A DNA stretch of 63,955 bases, filler included, from Bigelowiella natans CCMP2755 (GCA_000320545.1; 10 parts of 10 records of this genome joined end to end with filler, not necessarily neighbours in it); one strand, 5' to 3'. Positions 24,260 through 37,443 are shown, counted from the first letter of the whole stretch. Notes: generated by a model not told the origin, from the letters alone. Numbers and translations: made by a program.

Positions 24260-26197
24260 TCATCGCTTTCGGAACTTCACCAACCACCAGGTAATAGATT
24301 CCTCTCTAACCTTATCTCCTTTGTCGCTTACCCAGAACTCACCTTCGTCCTTAGGTTCGTGTCCATACCAGCCCTCTGCATCAAGGTCCCCCAGGACCTT
24401 ATACCAGTGCTCAAAGGGTAAGTCGGGAACAGCTAGGTAGAGTAGCTGATATTTTCCGTCCTTTATTTTCATAGCTACCCTCTCCATATTTCGTAATCCA
24501 GGGTAGCCTAGATAGACAATCTTCATGCGCCAATCGTCGTTCACCCTGACCTTATTGTTTCCATATTCCACATCGAACTTAGGTCGGGGTCCTAAACAAG
24601 GCATTGCTCGCTCCCACACAGTAGGGTTTACTTTAACATCCTCTAGGAGCTTCTCACCGATATCATAATTCTTTAGGTGACTGATGTGGCGCAAGGTGAC
24701 CCTGTTCCCATCATAGATGTAGTACTGCTTCCTCCCCTTCCTCTCGGTAACCTTTGCAACGCCACCCCAGAAGGGGTCTTGTTTATTTCTCGATCTCAGA
24801 TTTACCTTGGCCCTAACATACTGTCCTTCCTTTAGAACTCGGCCATCGTACGGGACCTTCTCGTCTTCGCTCTCGGTATCGTCGTCGTTGTCGTCGCCTT
24901 CTTCCCTCTCCTTATCCTTGATACCTCCCCCAGACGTGAAGGTGTCGTTTACTAACCCTTGTATCTTGTCTGGTGTGGTGCTATTTATCCTGCTTAGGTT
25001 GGCCAAGGTGCGGTGGAGTCGCTCTACCTTGGAGTTGGACTGGGCATAGTATACAGGTGAGGCATCAATATTAGGGTGTGGTAGCTGTAGAAGAGAGGTC
25101 TCATTATCCACATGTAACTTCTTTGGTATCTTGTTTATGCTAACTTCATCAGGGATAGCCTGGAGCTCAGACTCCCAGGTACGGTAGCAGTTAGTAAGCC
25201 TCTGCTTATATAAGCCTTTGTTCTTCTTAGCAACGTTGACCTTGATAATCTTTTTAACCCAGCACTTTCCAGTGGCCACATCAACGAAGGTAAGGTAGTG
25301 ATAGCCATCGTACTTATAAACATCAATTTGCACGATATCTAAGAAGTTCCTTGCTTTGATTTTCTTAGATGCACGGCTCTTGCTGGACTCCTTGGTGGCG
25401 ACGCCTGCCGCCTTCAAGCTGGAGCACCTGCAGCCACGCAGGTATGTCCTTATCTCTTTTAGCTTGTAGGGCCAGTAGTAATGGTAGAGTAGAGCAGTGA
25501 TATGGTTTTCTCCTACGTGTGCAGGTCCATGGGCGGTAAAGAGAAGGGCTCCCCTGGTCCGCCGTGGCACGTAGGTACGCCTAACATTATTAGTGTATAC
25601 ATATATCCTATCACTAAGTACCTCATGCTTGTGTTTGTATTTATCCAGGTGTTCTTGAAGGTGCTGGAGCTCCTCTGGCTCAGGCAGGAAGTCGCCGTCC
25701 TCGAAGGTAATCGCGTTAACCATAGGGGTGACCTGGGTAGGGACTTTCTTTTCGAACAGCCTGCTGAAATAGTCAGCAAGCTGCTTGTCTCCTGGTGCGT
25801 AGACCACTGTCCTCTTGTCCCTAAACTCTTCCGTGTCCGCCCTCATAGCTGCATACTCATCGTTAGGCGCTTCGAGCTTGCGGTCGATGCCTAGGAGGGG
25901 CTTGTGGTCAGTCATTAAGGTGAAGCTGGGCACCGACAGCAGGTAGTATCTTAGTTTCCTCTGCGCCTCAGTCATGGCTTTATACTCTCCTTTTGTAGGG
26001 CTGTACTTGGCCTCAGCTGCTGTGCAGGCCCTGCCCCACACCCGTATGATCTGCTGGTCTTGGGTAAGTACAGCAGCCATACCTAGCTTAGACCAGTCTG
26101 TCCATAGGGTAGCTGGTCTAGTAGTGTCTAGCTTAGCATTCAATAGGGTGTTGCTGCATAACTTTATTAGGTTGGTACGTACCATGTTGCATACCAA
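24260..26197 (-). CDS. pol: Gypsy Pol C-terminal part: RNase H, HHCC zinc finger, DDE integrase, SH3-like region and an extra C-terminal MTase-like domain
   Basis: RNase H: LWTDWSKLGMAAVLTQ...AEAKYS...TDHKPL. HHCC: HGPAHVG..YYWP..CRC. DDE core: VQIDV..VDVATG..VDNE..QSNSKVERLHRTL. Uninterrupted 645-codon frame. Confidence 0.93.
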   Translation of the reverse strand: MVCNMVRTNLIKLCSNTLLNAKLDTTRPATLWTDWSKLGMAAVLTQDQQIIRVWGRACTAAEAKYSPTKGEYKAMTEAQRKLRYYLLSVPSFTLMTDHKPLLGIDRKLEAPNDEYAAMRADTEEFRDKRTVVYAPGDKQLADYFSRLFEKKVPTQVTPMVNAITFEDGDFLPEPEELQHLQEHLDKYKHKHEVLSDRIYVYTNNVRRTYVPRRTRGALLFTAHGPAHVGENHITALLYHYYWPYKLKEIRTYLRGCRCSSLKAAGVATKESSKSRASKKIKARNFLDIVQIDVYKYDGYHYLTFVDVATGKCWVKKIIKVNVAKKNKGLYKQRLTNCYRTWESELQAIPDEVSINKIPKKLHVDNETSLLQLPHPNIDASPVYYAQSNSKVERLHRTLANLSRINSTTPDKIQGLVNDTFTSGGGIKDKEREEGDDNDDDTESEDEKVPYDGRVLKEGQYVRAKVNLRSRNKQDPFWGGVAKVTERKGRKQYYIYDGNRVTLRHISHLKNYDIGEKLLEDVKVNPTVWERAMPCLGPRPKFDVEYGNNKVRVNDDWRMKIVYLGYPGLRNMERVAMKIKDGKYQLLYLAVPDLPFEHWYKVLGDLDAEGWYGHEPKDEGEFWVSDKGDKVREESITWWLVKFRKR

Positions 26198-26202
26198 CTT
26201 AA

Positions 26203-26302
26203 NNNNNNNNNNNNNNNNNNNNNNNNNNNNNNNNNNNNNNNNNNNNTTAATTAATTAANNNNNNNNNNNNNNNNNNNNNNNNNNNNNNNNNNNNNNNNNN
26301 NN
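26203..26302. other. Artificial contig spacer
   Basis: N44-TTAATTAATTAA-N44. Confidence 0.99.
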
Positions 26303-26539
26303 AGGGGGGAGGGGTACTCTGGCTTTATACGTTTTCATTCCCATGGAAAAGATCCTGCCAAGTGGAGTCCCCGCCCAGCCACCCACTGAGGATAGATCTT
26401 GAACCTCCCCTATCTTGGGGGGGTGGGGGGGGGGGGAGTATATTATTAGTGTACATACATTACGTTATCATCGTGAAAATGAGCATGAATGGTACATCGT
26501 TCTGATCATCATTAAAACCATGAAATCCTACTCTGCAGA

Positions 26540-28527
26540 GTACCTTAGAGCCCTTGAGACGCAACGTGCAGGACTTAGTAGAAGGTGAGCGAATTTGCGT
26601 ATATGCTCGCGGGAAGTAGGTCTCTCCCGACGGGAATATTGTCCTGTTTTGTACTGCTTGGTCCTCCAGCTCCAGGCCCATCCATAAATTCAACTGTTCA
26701 TTCTTCTCTCGAAAACGCTGCTGCGACGGCAACACAACTGAATATCCCGAATACACTTAGAAGAAATAGATTTTCTCTGATTTCGAGATTGTTACATCAA
26801 TTGCGTGTGTGTGCTCCAATTTCAGGCCTTGAGTCCTCACCGTCATTCTCCAAAGCAGGGGCCGTCGTCGACCCATCATCGTCATCATCGTCATAGGCAA
26901 GCACTCGTATGCATTTAGCATTTACAGATGGAGTAAGTTACCACGTATGTGCGAATCCGCTCATTGGAACGTTTTTATGTTCCAAAACAGCTTCTTCAGA
27001 CTATTAGACATCTCCTTCTTAAATACTGCTGCTGCTGCACGCTTTGCAGCATTGCCATTATCTATAACTTATACCTTCAGAACACATACGCTGATCGTGC
27101 TATTTAAGTGCATGGCTTGGCACAACGTGTGTCTTCGCAATCATTGAGCATCTAAACCAGATTAAGCAGCAGCTCAGCACAAGAAAGGCTTTATGTTGCT
27201 AAGATTTAGTCAGCGATCAACAAACATTACATTTGATGAATATAGCGCTTACATAGCTTCAATCGCACATTGATCTCGGCCACATATCATAGCCATATGC
27301 AAGCCAGCGAATGTGCACACGAACAAAAATAATCTCATTTTTTCATTTCAGCATTTGCAGCTAGCGCCGGCATTAGCTCTTGTTGCACTTATAATTTGGT
27401 ATTTATCGTAATACGCAGTTGTAACGCTGGAAGCACATGCATTGGTACTAACGCTATAGACGGCAGCTATATACTTGCTAGCATATACGTTGTCTGCTGG
27501 CATCGCATTTGGTAAGACTTTGTTCTGTGCTACTATAGCTGCTTCAAATAAATATATAGACACGAAGTACAATAGACTCTTATTAGGCAACACAAACAGC
27601 GTGCACGTGTGTTTCTAAGCGTTCCTGTGGCTAGACACGCAGCACAATGTGCATATGTACTCCTTGCCATCATTACTTGGGCCGTATACAGCTGAGTTGA
27701 TTTGAAACTGTGAGGTTAATCCCTGCTCACATTCCCTGTGTTGTTATTTTTGCCTTCCATGGCTTCTTCACCGTCGGGGCTGCCTTCTCTATCACCAGCT
27801 GCTTTTTTGATGTCATCCTCGGTGCTTCTACTGCTACTGCTATACCCAACCACCACTAAATTTCCTACGGAAAAAGAGTATCAAGAGCTGCAAAAATGAA
27901 AAATCAAACACTCTTTTTTTTTTAAATTCAGGGGAAAACGTCTTGTCCATGCACAATTTAACGCAGCAGCTAGAGAGAGGACCTTCTGCTTTATGTGCCT
28001 TCAAGATACGACCTATGGCCTCCGGCCCGTCGCACGCCTGTTTTAAGACAAAAGTATTGAACAATTGGTGATAGATTGGTGATAGGAGTGCCTAAATTCT
28101 ATCTTAAATCATAGCTTTCGGTATTAATAATCCATTTTCATCATCACCGCCATCGTAGTTTTGCCCCCCCTCCCCCCCGTACTGCCTACGTGGAGTGCCC
28201 AAGTAGTACCCGTTCTTTCCACATCGCCTGGAGCCTTTCCGAGTACGCCTCGATGATGGTTTCATCCTCTACCACATGACATCGAATCAGGCAGCCATCA
28301 TAATGTGCGTCAGCAAGGTAATATACCCGTGAATTTTTGACAGAAACAGATCATCATCATCATTATCATGGCTGGGTGTATAGCCACTCCTCTCTACCTG
28401 TGACGCACATCTTGAAAGCCAATGATTCTGCCCAGCTCGGTAGCCCAGTCATCCATCTAAATGTCGACGAACGAAGAGCAATTCATAAACGCACGATTCC
28501 AAATAGAAAGGGAAGAAAATATTATAC

Positions 28528-28602
<75 letters not shown>

Positions 28603-29801
28603 CTACCTCTCCTACGCATCTCCCATGAACAACAGGCAAGTCAACACACACACACACACACACACACATACACAAAGACACCGAGTTTCTGGCGCAATAT
28701 ATGACTGCTGCTGCAACTGCTACTACCGCAACAGCAATGTCTAATAAAAATGAACAAATTATACAAAACAACTTGGTGTTGAAGGGCTGGGTGACGATAA
28801 CGAAGTGCTTGTAAGAAGCGACTCGTACGTTGTCCGAATCTACTATTCCCTGAAGATGACGAGACACGACAAGGGAGGAGGAGAAGGAGGAGGGGGAGTT
28901 GATGGTGAATGATATCAGTACCATACCCCGCTCTCAAAAACTACCAGCTTCTTCACTACGTGGATTAAAGGGAGACTATTTTTCTACTTTGTTAATCGAG
29001 CACTGAATAATACAAAGATCTACCCAAGAGCAATCACAATATATCATCATCATCATCATCATCATCATAATCATAATCACATCGCCGTTGATTGCGTTTG
29101 TTTGTTGATGTAGAATCGAGGGCACGGACGATTGATTCTCCGACCTTCGGAAACCAGGAGTCGAAGCAAGCGTTGTGAGGTAGAAAAACCTTACGATTTT
29201 TTATCTCGTCCCTGACATACGCCGCGACGATGTAAAAGACGAATTAAATGCACGGCAGGGACAATAAAGATGCAAGCATACTCAGCTACAGGGCATGCAA
29301 TATTTATCACAACATTTGTACTCGTCAACGTGGCCATATGTTTTTTAAACATATATTATATATTATCATCCCCCAAAGCATTCTCAGTACATCGACTCTC
29401 GCCAACCTGACGACAAGGCTCCCCCCGAGCTTGAACAATTTACGGAAAACTTCCCTCCGCTGCTTCTCAGCCTATTATCATTATCATCATTATTATTATT
29501 ATTATTAATAATTATTATTATTATGCGTGAAGGAGATGGGGAGAGCGGTTGTATCTGTGACTGGCGAGGATGCAATGTAAACTGTCACACAGCTTGCTTG
29601 CTGCTGCTCCTTTCTCCTTCTCCTTCTTCTTCTTCTTCTACCTTCGGAATATCCGCTGGCCTCAACTTAAATTCATACAACTTTAGCACCTGCCAATAAG
29701 CATGGACGACAATACACAGCAGCAGCAGCAGCAGCAGCAGCCCATTGGTTAGTGATTACGGCATGAAGGAACGATCCTGTTTAGTTTATCGACCATGTAA
29801 T

Positions 29802-29881
<80 letters not shown>

Positions 29882-30620
29882 AGGGGGGAGGGAGAGAGAA
29901 AATAAACAAAAATGTAGTTCTCCTGTCCACCTGCCACGGTTCCTTACTAACGTCGAGAATTGCCTGATGGGATAGTAACGGTGCAGCATGCCCCATCAAG
30001 GAAAAAAACGCCCGAGAAGATAATCAGATTATAGAAAGGAAATGGGCGAGTGAAGGGGCCGTGAGATGTGGAGAACGTAATGAGGGAGAGAAAGGGATGT
30101 CTTCGGAAAGAAAAGGAACCGAACAATGAAAGAAAGGCAGAAAATAAAGCGGGGAATAAGGGAGGCGACCGCGTCAATTTCTCCGTCATAGGTCATGGCG
30201 GGTTTGTTCCCCCTTTTCTTGCTATTGAGCTTAGGGATTCCGATCCGCAAGTTTCTCATCACTTGAAAATTGCGCTGATAGAATAGAGAACGACAATGAC
30301 AAGAGCAACAGGAGAAGAAGTTGTTAAATGCTGGCAGTTTCCCCTCTCCTTCGCTTCCTTCTCTACTTACCTCGCCCCGTTGTCTGCACTTCTCGTTGAA
30401 TTCTACATCGTACATCCTTCCTTCACATCTCTGACAACAATCATCATTATCGTTATCGTCACGATCATTTGTAAATCGTCATCATCATCATCATCATCAT
30501 CATCATCTTTGTCCCCCCTCTTATTCCACCACTGACAAACCTTGATGTCTTCATGTTTGATACCTGCCACATCGCACATCTCACGCAGATAACTGACGAA
30601 ATCGAGGAAAGAGAAGTAGC

Positions 30621-30658
<38 letters not shown>

Positions 30659-31490
30659 CACCAGGCAGATTTTCAATAGAACTCATCTCTTCGATGTAAC
30701 AGCTTGAAGATGATCATCATCTTCATTGTTACCATGCCTTCATGCTACTTTTGCAACACTTCTTCTTCTACCTTGTGATTATGTAGTCTTCAAATGCATC
30801 CCCTGCCTGTTTAGTAGTAGATAGGCAGCGAAGAAGGAAGAAGAGAGGGGCAGGACTATTAAGAAGTGATTTACTCATCTCTCTCCCTTTCTCTCTCTAT
30901 CTCTCTCTCTCTCTTCCTCTGTGTGTGAGGGGGGGGGGGGGGGGGAGTAAGAATTCATTTCGATAATATTAAGGATTCCTGTTAACGATATTGCTACAAC
31001 AGCCTCCGTAGATACTGTCATGGGCGGCAAAGATGGGCAATATTTCTACGTGATATTGTGGTCTTCGTGTGCCACTACTATTCCTGATATGTGCGTTGTT
31101 CTATACCTGCACCTTCACACCGCCTCTGGAAAGCTCGAGCCTCACTCTCTTTAGTGTAAGTTAAACAACGGTGGTTTTACATTGTGGTGTGTTGGTGATG
31201 ACGACGATAATGAAGGACGATGATGACGATGATGACGGAGATGACGGTGATGATGATGATAATGATAACCACGGCAATGACGATAGTGATATGACACGAA
31301 ATTGCTCGAATTTACGTTGTTGCATTGGCGTAAGGAGCTTGCCGCCACACAGGAAAGGGGGGGGGGCGATCTCTGTAATATGTGTGTCCACATCAAACGA
31401 TACGGTGATATGCTCAATAACACTGGCAACAACTACTTTCGTTCGTACGGAATTGGCGGCGTGCTTCTATAAATATCAAAGATATGCGCG

Positions 31491-31587
<97 letters not shown>

Positions 31588-32524
31588 CAACAAATACACA
31601 TGCATAGGACTTATTCTTTACCCACGATGACACACACCTCCTTCTCCTTATCATCTTCTACTCCGATATAGTCAAAAACCGTCTCGAATTCTCTTGCCCT
31701 AACGATCCACACACGCACACACGCACACACACACCCACACACATACAGCGAGAGACAAAGACAGACATAGGCACAAACGTACAGAGCCATTTTAAAGCAG
31801 CGGCAACAGAGGACCAATAAATCATCAGGAGAGGGTAAATCAGCTAAGATCAAGCCGAAGAAAATATCTTAATTTATTTGAAAAATGTGTGTGGGGTATG
31901 CGCGCGCGTGTGTGTGTGTGTGTGTGAATGTTTGCTTAGTAGCTTGGGGAGAGGGAAGAAACGTTCGTTGTTCTTCGCTATCACTCGTCAATACTTTTGA
32001 TATTCAGCAGTCTTCTCCACGCTCGTCGTCATGCCAGGAATGGCCGCGCAAAGTGACTCAACTTGCTGCTCCAACGCTAAGACTTGGCCTGAACAACACA
32101 CACCTGCTTACCGTGTTTTTCGAAAGCAAAGAAAACTGCGACAGAGATGAGGAAGGCAAAAAAACGATATCCAACAGAAGAGAGAGTGTGGGGAGGGGGG
32201 GGGGGGGGGGGGATAGAGACACCGATTGCAATCTATAAAGGCACCTCGAATCTTCTCTGCAATAGCCTTGTTCCCCAAAGCATTTTGCTCATCTGATGGT
32301 TATGATAACGCGACAAATGTGATGGAAATGAGCTGTGGTGATCCTTTTATAGTTGTCATCATCATTATCATCATTGTCGTCGTCATTGCAAACGGAGGAG
32401 GAGCAAGTAGGACCTATGATCCGTGATTTCACGATGATGTTGCTTCTAAACTTGTCCCTTTTATTCAATGCTGCTGTCAGTTGCCTGTTGTTAACACCAC
32501 ACAAACACGCACACACACACACAC

Positions 32525-32566
<42 letters not shown>

Positions 32567-33988
32567 GCTCTCTTAGCAACAAAGAGGCGCATTAGCGTTT
32601 TCGCAACGAGCACAGAGAGGTGTGTGTACATGTATTCTCCAAACCTTTGCTCCTCGTTGTTGAGAACGCGCCTACGAAACGCAGCGTGGACCTTCTCGAG
32701 AATTCCGGCTTCAGCCCTGCGGTAGAGGGGGAAGCTGATTGACATGGCCCCCCCACTATCTTCTCCCACAACGCATCTCCAGCAAATGAAAGCAGGGCAA
32801 AGCTTGACCGAACAGCAAACCTATGCTGCCGGTCCTAGCGCGCTATTTCTACTTCTACTGCCACCTCTATATTTAGACGGTTCTTCATTCGACTTTTCAC
32901 CAATATGTGTGTTAAGTTAATGTTTACCTTCCTATGCGCCGAAGTAACCTTGCTTGTAGATCTTCTTGGCTCAAACCACTGTTGTTGACAAATTCTTCTT
33001 TTTGGAACTAATCACGGATGCATACACCACGCAGGAGGCACATTAAGCACACAGTCGTGGACGAATAACAAGGGGAAAATAACTCTATAACAAATTTCCA
33101 AGTAGTATTATTCATTTACAAATACACTACTTTGGCCTCCGTGAACATATCGCAGAGAGCGCGTATATCCTGAGGAGTCGGCGCATGCACAAAACAGATG
33201 AGGGATACACACAAGAAAAGATGAGCGAAGATGTAAAAATTCTGTAGCACGTATCCTCATTTACGAATACCGAATCTATATATTGGTGGCATATGACTGA
33301 CCTGCTTTTGATGAGAAAGAGCGTAGAGTCTCTTGTTCTCTAGATTCTGCAGAGCTGTTCGCAACTGAAGGGAAACAATAAGGTGAGATGTTAAAACTGG
33401 TTCCTCAACCGATTGATGGTCGTTATTCTGCTTAGATAAAACCAATCTCACCGTCGGTCCTATGCAATCATCGCGCAAATGGTTAAGATACTGCCTGAGC
33501 CGCTTATGATGCCCTGATGAAAATAACATGTGCGTTCGGTGAAGAAGAATGGCAATGAATGGCCGCCACAGCCCCTGAAGACCTAGGAAGCTGGACATAT
33601 TCCTCTTTGAGAAATTGATGCCAACGGTGGCAACGACGGGTGAACTATGCGCACCTTGCGACTTCTCCTTTGTACCCTGCTGTTCCTCCTCTCCCCCATT
33701 CAGCAACGGACAAAAGAAGTTCTCATTCATTGCCTCGAGTAGTTCCAGCCTCCGACTCTTATCAGCAGATCTCCATTCCTCATTCCTGGAAGTCATGACG
33801 GCTGCTACAAGACGACGGCGGAACACGTGGTTTGCGAAGGGTGTTTGCAGCAGCCGCCGCTTGAATCGGAGGCGGCTAGAAGAAGAGAACACGCTGAGTC
33901 TGGCTTGCTGTCCTCCCTGGATATGTCTTTCAGAGGTTGCAGCCAGCCTAAGGGAGCACCCTGCCAGAAAAAGGATTCCTCGGATCAA
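26540..33988 (-). CDS. Long multi-exon gene (or genes) of unknown function
   Basis: Many short AG..GT-bounded open segments between microsatellite introns, e.g. MTSRNEEWRSADKSRRLELLEAMNENFFCPLL, QVLALEQQVESLCAAIPG, IVRAREFETVFDYIGVEDD, GIVDSDNVRVASYKHFVIV, EDETIIEAYSERLQAMWKER. No family recognised and both ends are uncertain. Confidence 0.5.
26930..27700. mobile_element. Degenerate CC/GG-poor relic insertion
   Basis: Microsatellite-free block rich in gcta/tagc/atgc with few CC/GG. Relic ORF 27348..27593 is skewed to A/S/Y/N/V. Confidence 0.4.
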
Positions 33989-34267
33989 CCTCCACAGCCT
34001 GCAATCCCCTGCCGAACAAGTATCCGAACCTGCTCGTAGATCTATCGACGTCCGACCGAAGGATGCTTGAGTACCAGAGACTCGTGAGAGATTTTTCGCA
34101 ATGGATTCCTAGGCGGCCGGGCTCAGAGACTCTCTCGAGTTTGTTTTGTCTTGTTTGAAAGGTTTTCTCTGGGATGTGTTTCCTTTGTGTTTTTGCCCAG
34201 TTCGGAATCCAAAGGGCGCGACACGGTTTCAAATGTTCGGCTTTAAGCTTGTCGTCGCTGAAGGCTG

Positions 34268-36081
34268 ATGGGTTCTATTTTGGGATGTTTTCGGTGGATA
34301 ATTCCGGGATACTCACTGCCAGCTTTTCAGAATAGGCTGCGGTGCGAACATCATAGGACATCTCCACCTGGACATATTCTCATCCCTGAAACATCTGAGA
34401 GATATGAAAGAGAAAGTCTGAACCGATGTACCCTCGACAAGACTATTTTTCTTGGATAATTCCTGGTGTCGGTAATGCCATTATTGGTCTCAAGATTTGC
34501 TAAGAAACACGAGTAAGTATATAACACCAAAACCCGAGCCCCTCTGAGGGAACGCATTCCTCGTGACTGGCTGCATTCCCCTTCTCACTACCTGACGACA
34601 CCCCTCGAGCAGGGGAAGCGTTCAGCCTGGCCAGACATACTGATTCGTCGAATTTGAATTACATCCTCCCCGGATACGATGTGGATTGGCCTGCTGTTTC
34701 TCCTACTGGTAAAATGTCTCGCCCCAACCAATATATCCGAAGATGTTATAATGCATGCACAACATAGGCGACTGATGCGAAGAAGAAGTTTACGAGGCCG
34801 AAGATTGAGCATCGTCGCCAAGTAGAACTCACATTTAAAAGGAAAACGCCTGACTGGTAAAACAATCGATTGGAAATACGAAACAGAGCGACACAGCGAA
34901 AGCTTGAATCCAATTGTCCAGCACCCATTCTTGCTCCATCTTCCCCTCGCCCCTCTAGTTTCAAAATTCGCAGCAAAAATGAGATTTGCGATCGTTCAAT
35001 GTTCGAGCTGAAACTTTTGCCGTGCACTCTCCCTCCGCTGCCTTTTTCTTTCTTAGGGTTGGATGGGAGAAACATTTTGATGACGATGATGGAGCACCAA
35101 GCCTTTCGGATATAGAAGAGGGAGGATCAGCCATCAGTGGAGGTAGTTGGGGAATGAAGGGGAAGTTATAGGAGGAGTGTGTACAAGACAAGCCCGTTAG
35201 ATAATTTTTGTGAAGATACACAGGAATGGGTTTATCGGCGATTCATCTCTCATGCACAACAACGCAAGCTGGTATTCAAATCCAACGATGATATTCTATT
35301 ACAAATGCAGGGAGCAAGAAGCATGCATCTCGTGGCGAGATCGAAGATATCGACGATACGAGTGGCAAGGGAACCGCTGCTACATGGTATGCTGATCAAG
35401 AGGTGAATGAGTCAGTGGAGCCGGCAGACTGCGAAACTCACAAATCCTGTGAGCAGCTACTGATTCAGGAGATTAAGACACTGCAGGTAATTTTGATGAT
35501 GTTGTTGCAGTAGCCATAGTAGCCTTGCGGCTGTAGGACGAGTAATTATAATATCCATCTTGTGTAGTCGTATTCCCCCCACCCCGCAAAAAGTAAAACA
35601 GTAATAATTTCACCATGCACTAGGAAATGAGGAGGAGCATGCTCGTTACAGAAACGTGATAATCTGCATTTGTATAACGAAGATTCACCATATGAATGAC
35701 AACAATAGAATCCGAAAGACTGCGGAGAGTCTCGGCGTAGGTTCCTATTTCTTGAGTTTGAAGGCAGTGAAGGGGTACGTAGTCTTCCACCCCCCCTCCC
35801 CCCCCCGCCCTTTTCCTTTTTAAAAGAACACATTGATGGGGGAGATGAGCGGTTCAAAGGCTATGCACAGCTCTCAGCACTATCCCTGTGATAATTGATG
35901 ATTAGGTGGGGAGTACCATCGGAATGATTGCAGAGGTAAATTTGTGGTTAATTGTGTGGTAGCTCTTCAGTCCTGCAGCACACAGCATTCACTGCGTTCT
36001 GATCGATAATCTTGCCTCACTGTCTTCCACCTCGCTGCCGCAATTCCCTTGTTTGAGATCATAGATATCTGCTCTCGTCTG

Positions 36082-36121
<40 letters not shown>

Positions 36122-36371
36122 AATTGACAAGGGGCTCGCTGAAGGCCTCCACTCCAATCGAACGACAATATACGGGCCAATCATGCCCACGATGATGGGC
36201 CTAAGCTTTATGGGGGGCGTCGCGGAAGGGTTTCCATCGGATGATCCATGCGGCAAGGACGCTGTGAGCGCACTCGACTGCTACATCGAGCCCATTTCCT
36301 CTTGTGAGATGATACCGTCTATGATGATGATATTATGATGATGATGATGATGATGATGAGGATTATGATAC

Positions 36372-36405
<34 letters not shown>

Positions 36406-37073
36406 GTGACGATGATGCAAACACAACCGTATAGATTTTGTGTTGTCGTTGATCCTGGTACATCTCCTTGTTCTACTTCTCTGTTTAGCTCATCAATTTG
36501 CATCCTATCTTTTTATTCATCTCTCCTGCTTCTATTGATTGCTGCTTTCCCATTACTACAACTAGGCTCTTTAAAAGATGCTCTGAAACACAGAAAGGTA
36601 GCAGATATGCCGCTTTCTATGTGCCGGCCAGGATGAGTGCGACACGTATCTTCTTCTTCTTCTTCTTCTTCTTCTTCTTCTCCTCCTCTGCAGCTCTCAC
36701 TTAGCGCGTTACCGTCGTCATCATTTTATAATTCTACTTTAATTGTTGCTTTATACCTTCTATATATTGTAGCATTGCACTGCATTGAAGAATGTGCACC
36801 CTCCTCCTTCTCTCCCCCCCCCCCTCCCCTTTCCATTGTCGTCTACTGCTTCATCCATCTGATATGTGCGTATAGTCTTTCAAGAGCTTCGTGAAGAATG
36901 TCTACGATGACCGCAAGATGTCGGTTTTTACGCGCAGTAGCAGCAGCATTTAGTAGTAATGAGCTTACTTGCAGTAGGATTTTTGTGGGGATATATTGAA
37001 TCGTGGGGGAGTCAATTTGGATCTACTTTATCTTTCCATTATCTCTCCGTTATCTCTCTCTCCCTCTCTTTCT

Positions 37074-37117
<44 letters not shown>

Positions 37118-37187
37118 GATTGTTTCCTTTCTAATCTAAATCCATCAGCGACCTCTCCATTCTTTGAGGACTACTTCTCTCCCCATT

Positions 37188-37227
<40 letters not shown>

Positions 37228-37398
37228 TCACACACACACACGAGAGAATGGACGTCCGATGATATAGCTCCCCCCCCCCCATCACTCAATTCACACAACC
37301 ACCGCCGCTGAGAAGTATCACCTGCTTCTGTAGGTTCAAAGCGATGGAATCACGGAGGGGGTCACCAGCTCTTATGACCGCTCCAAGGCGGTACGATG

Positions 37399-37443
<45 letters not shown>

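Larger units (their letters stand above)
23964..26202 (-). mobile_element. Ty3/Gypsy LTR retrotransposon, 3' half (RNase H, integrase, PPT, 3' LTR); the rest is lost at the contig end
   Basis: RNase H precedes integrase (Gypsy order). A polypurine tract GGGGGAGG (24209-24216) directly abuts the TG start of the LTR. Confidence 0.93.
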
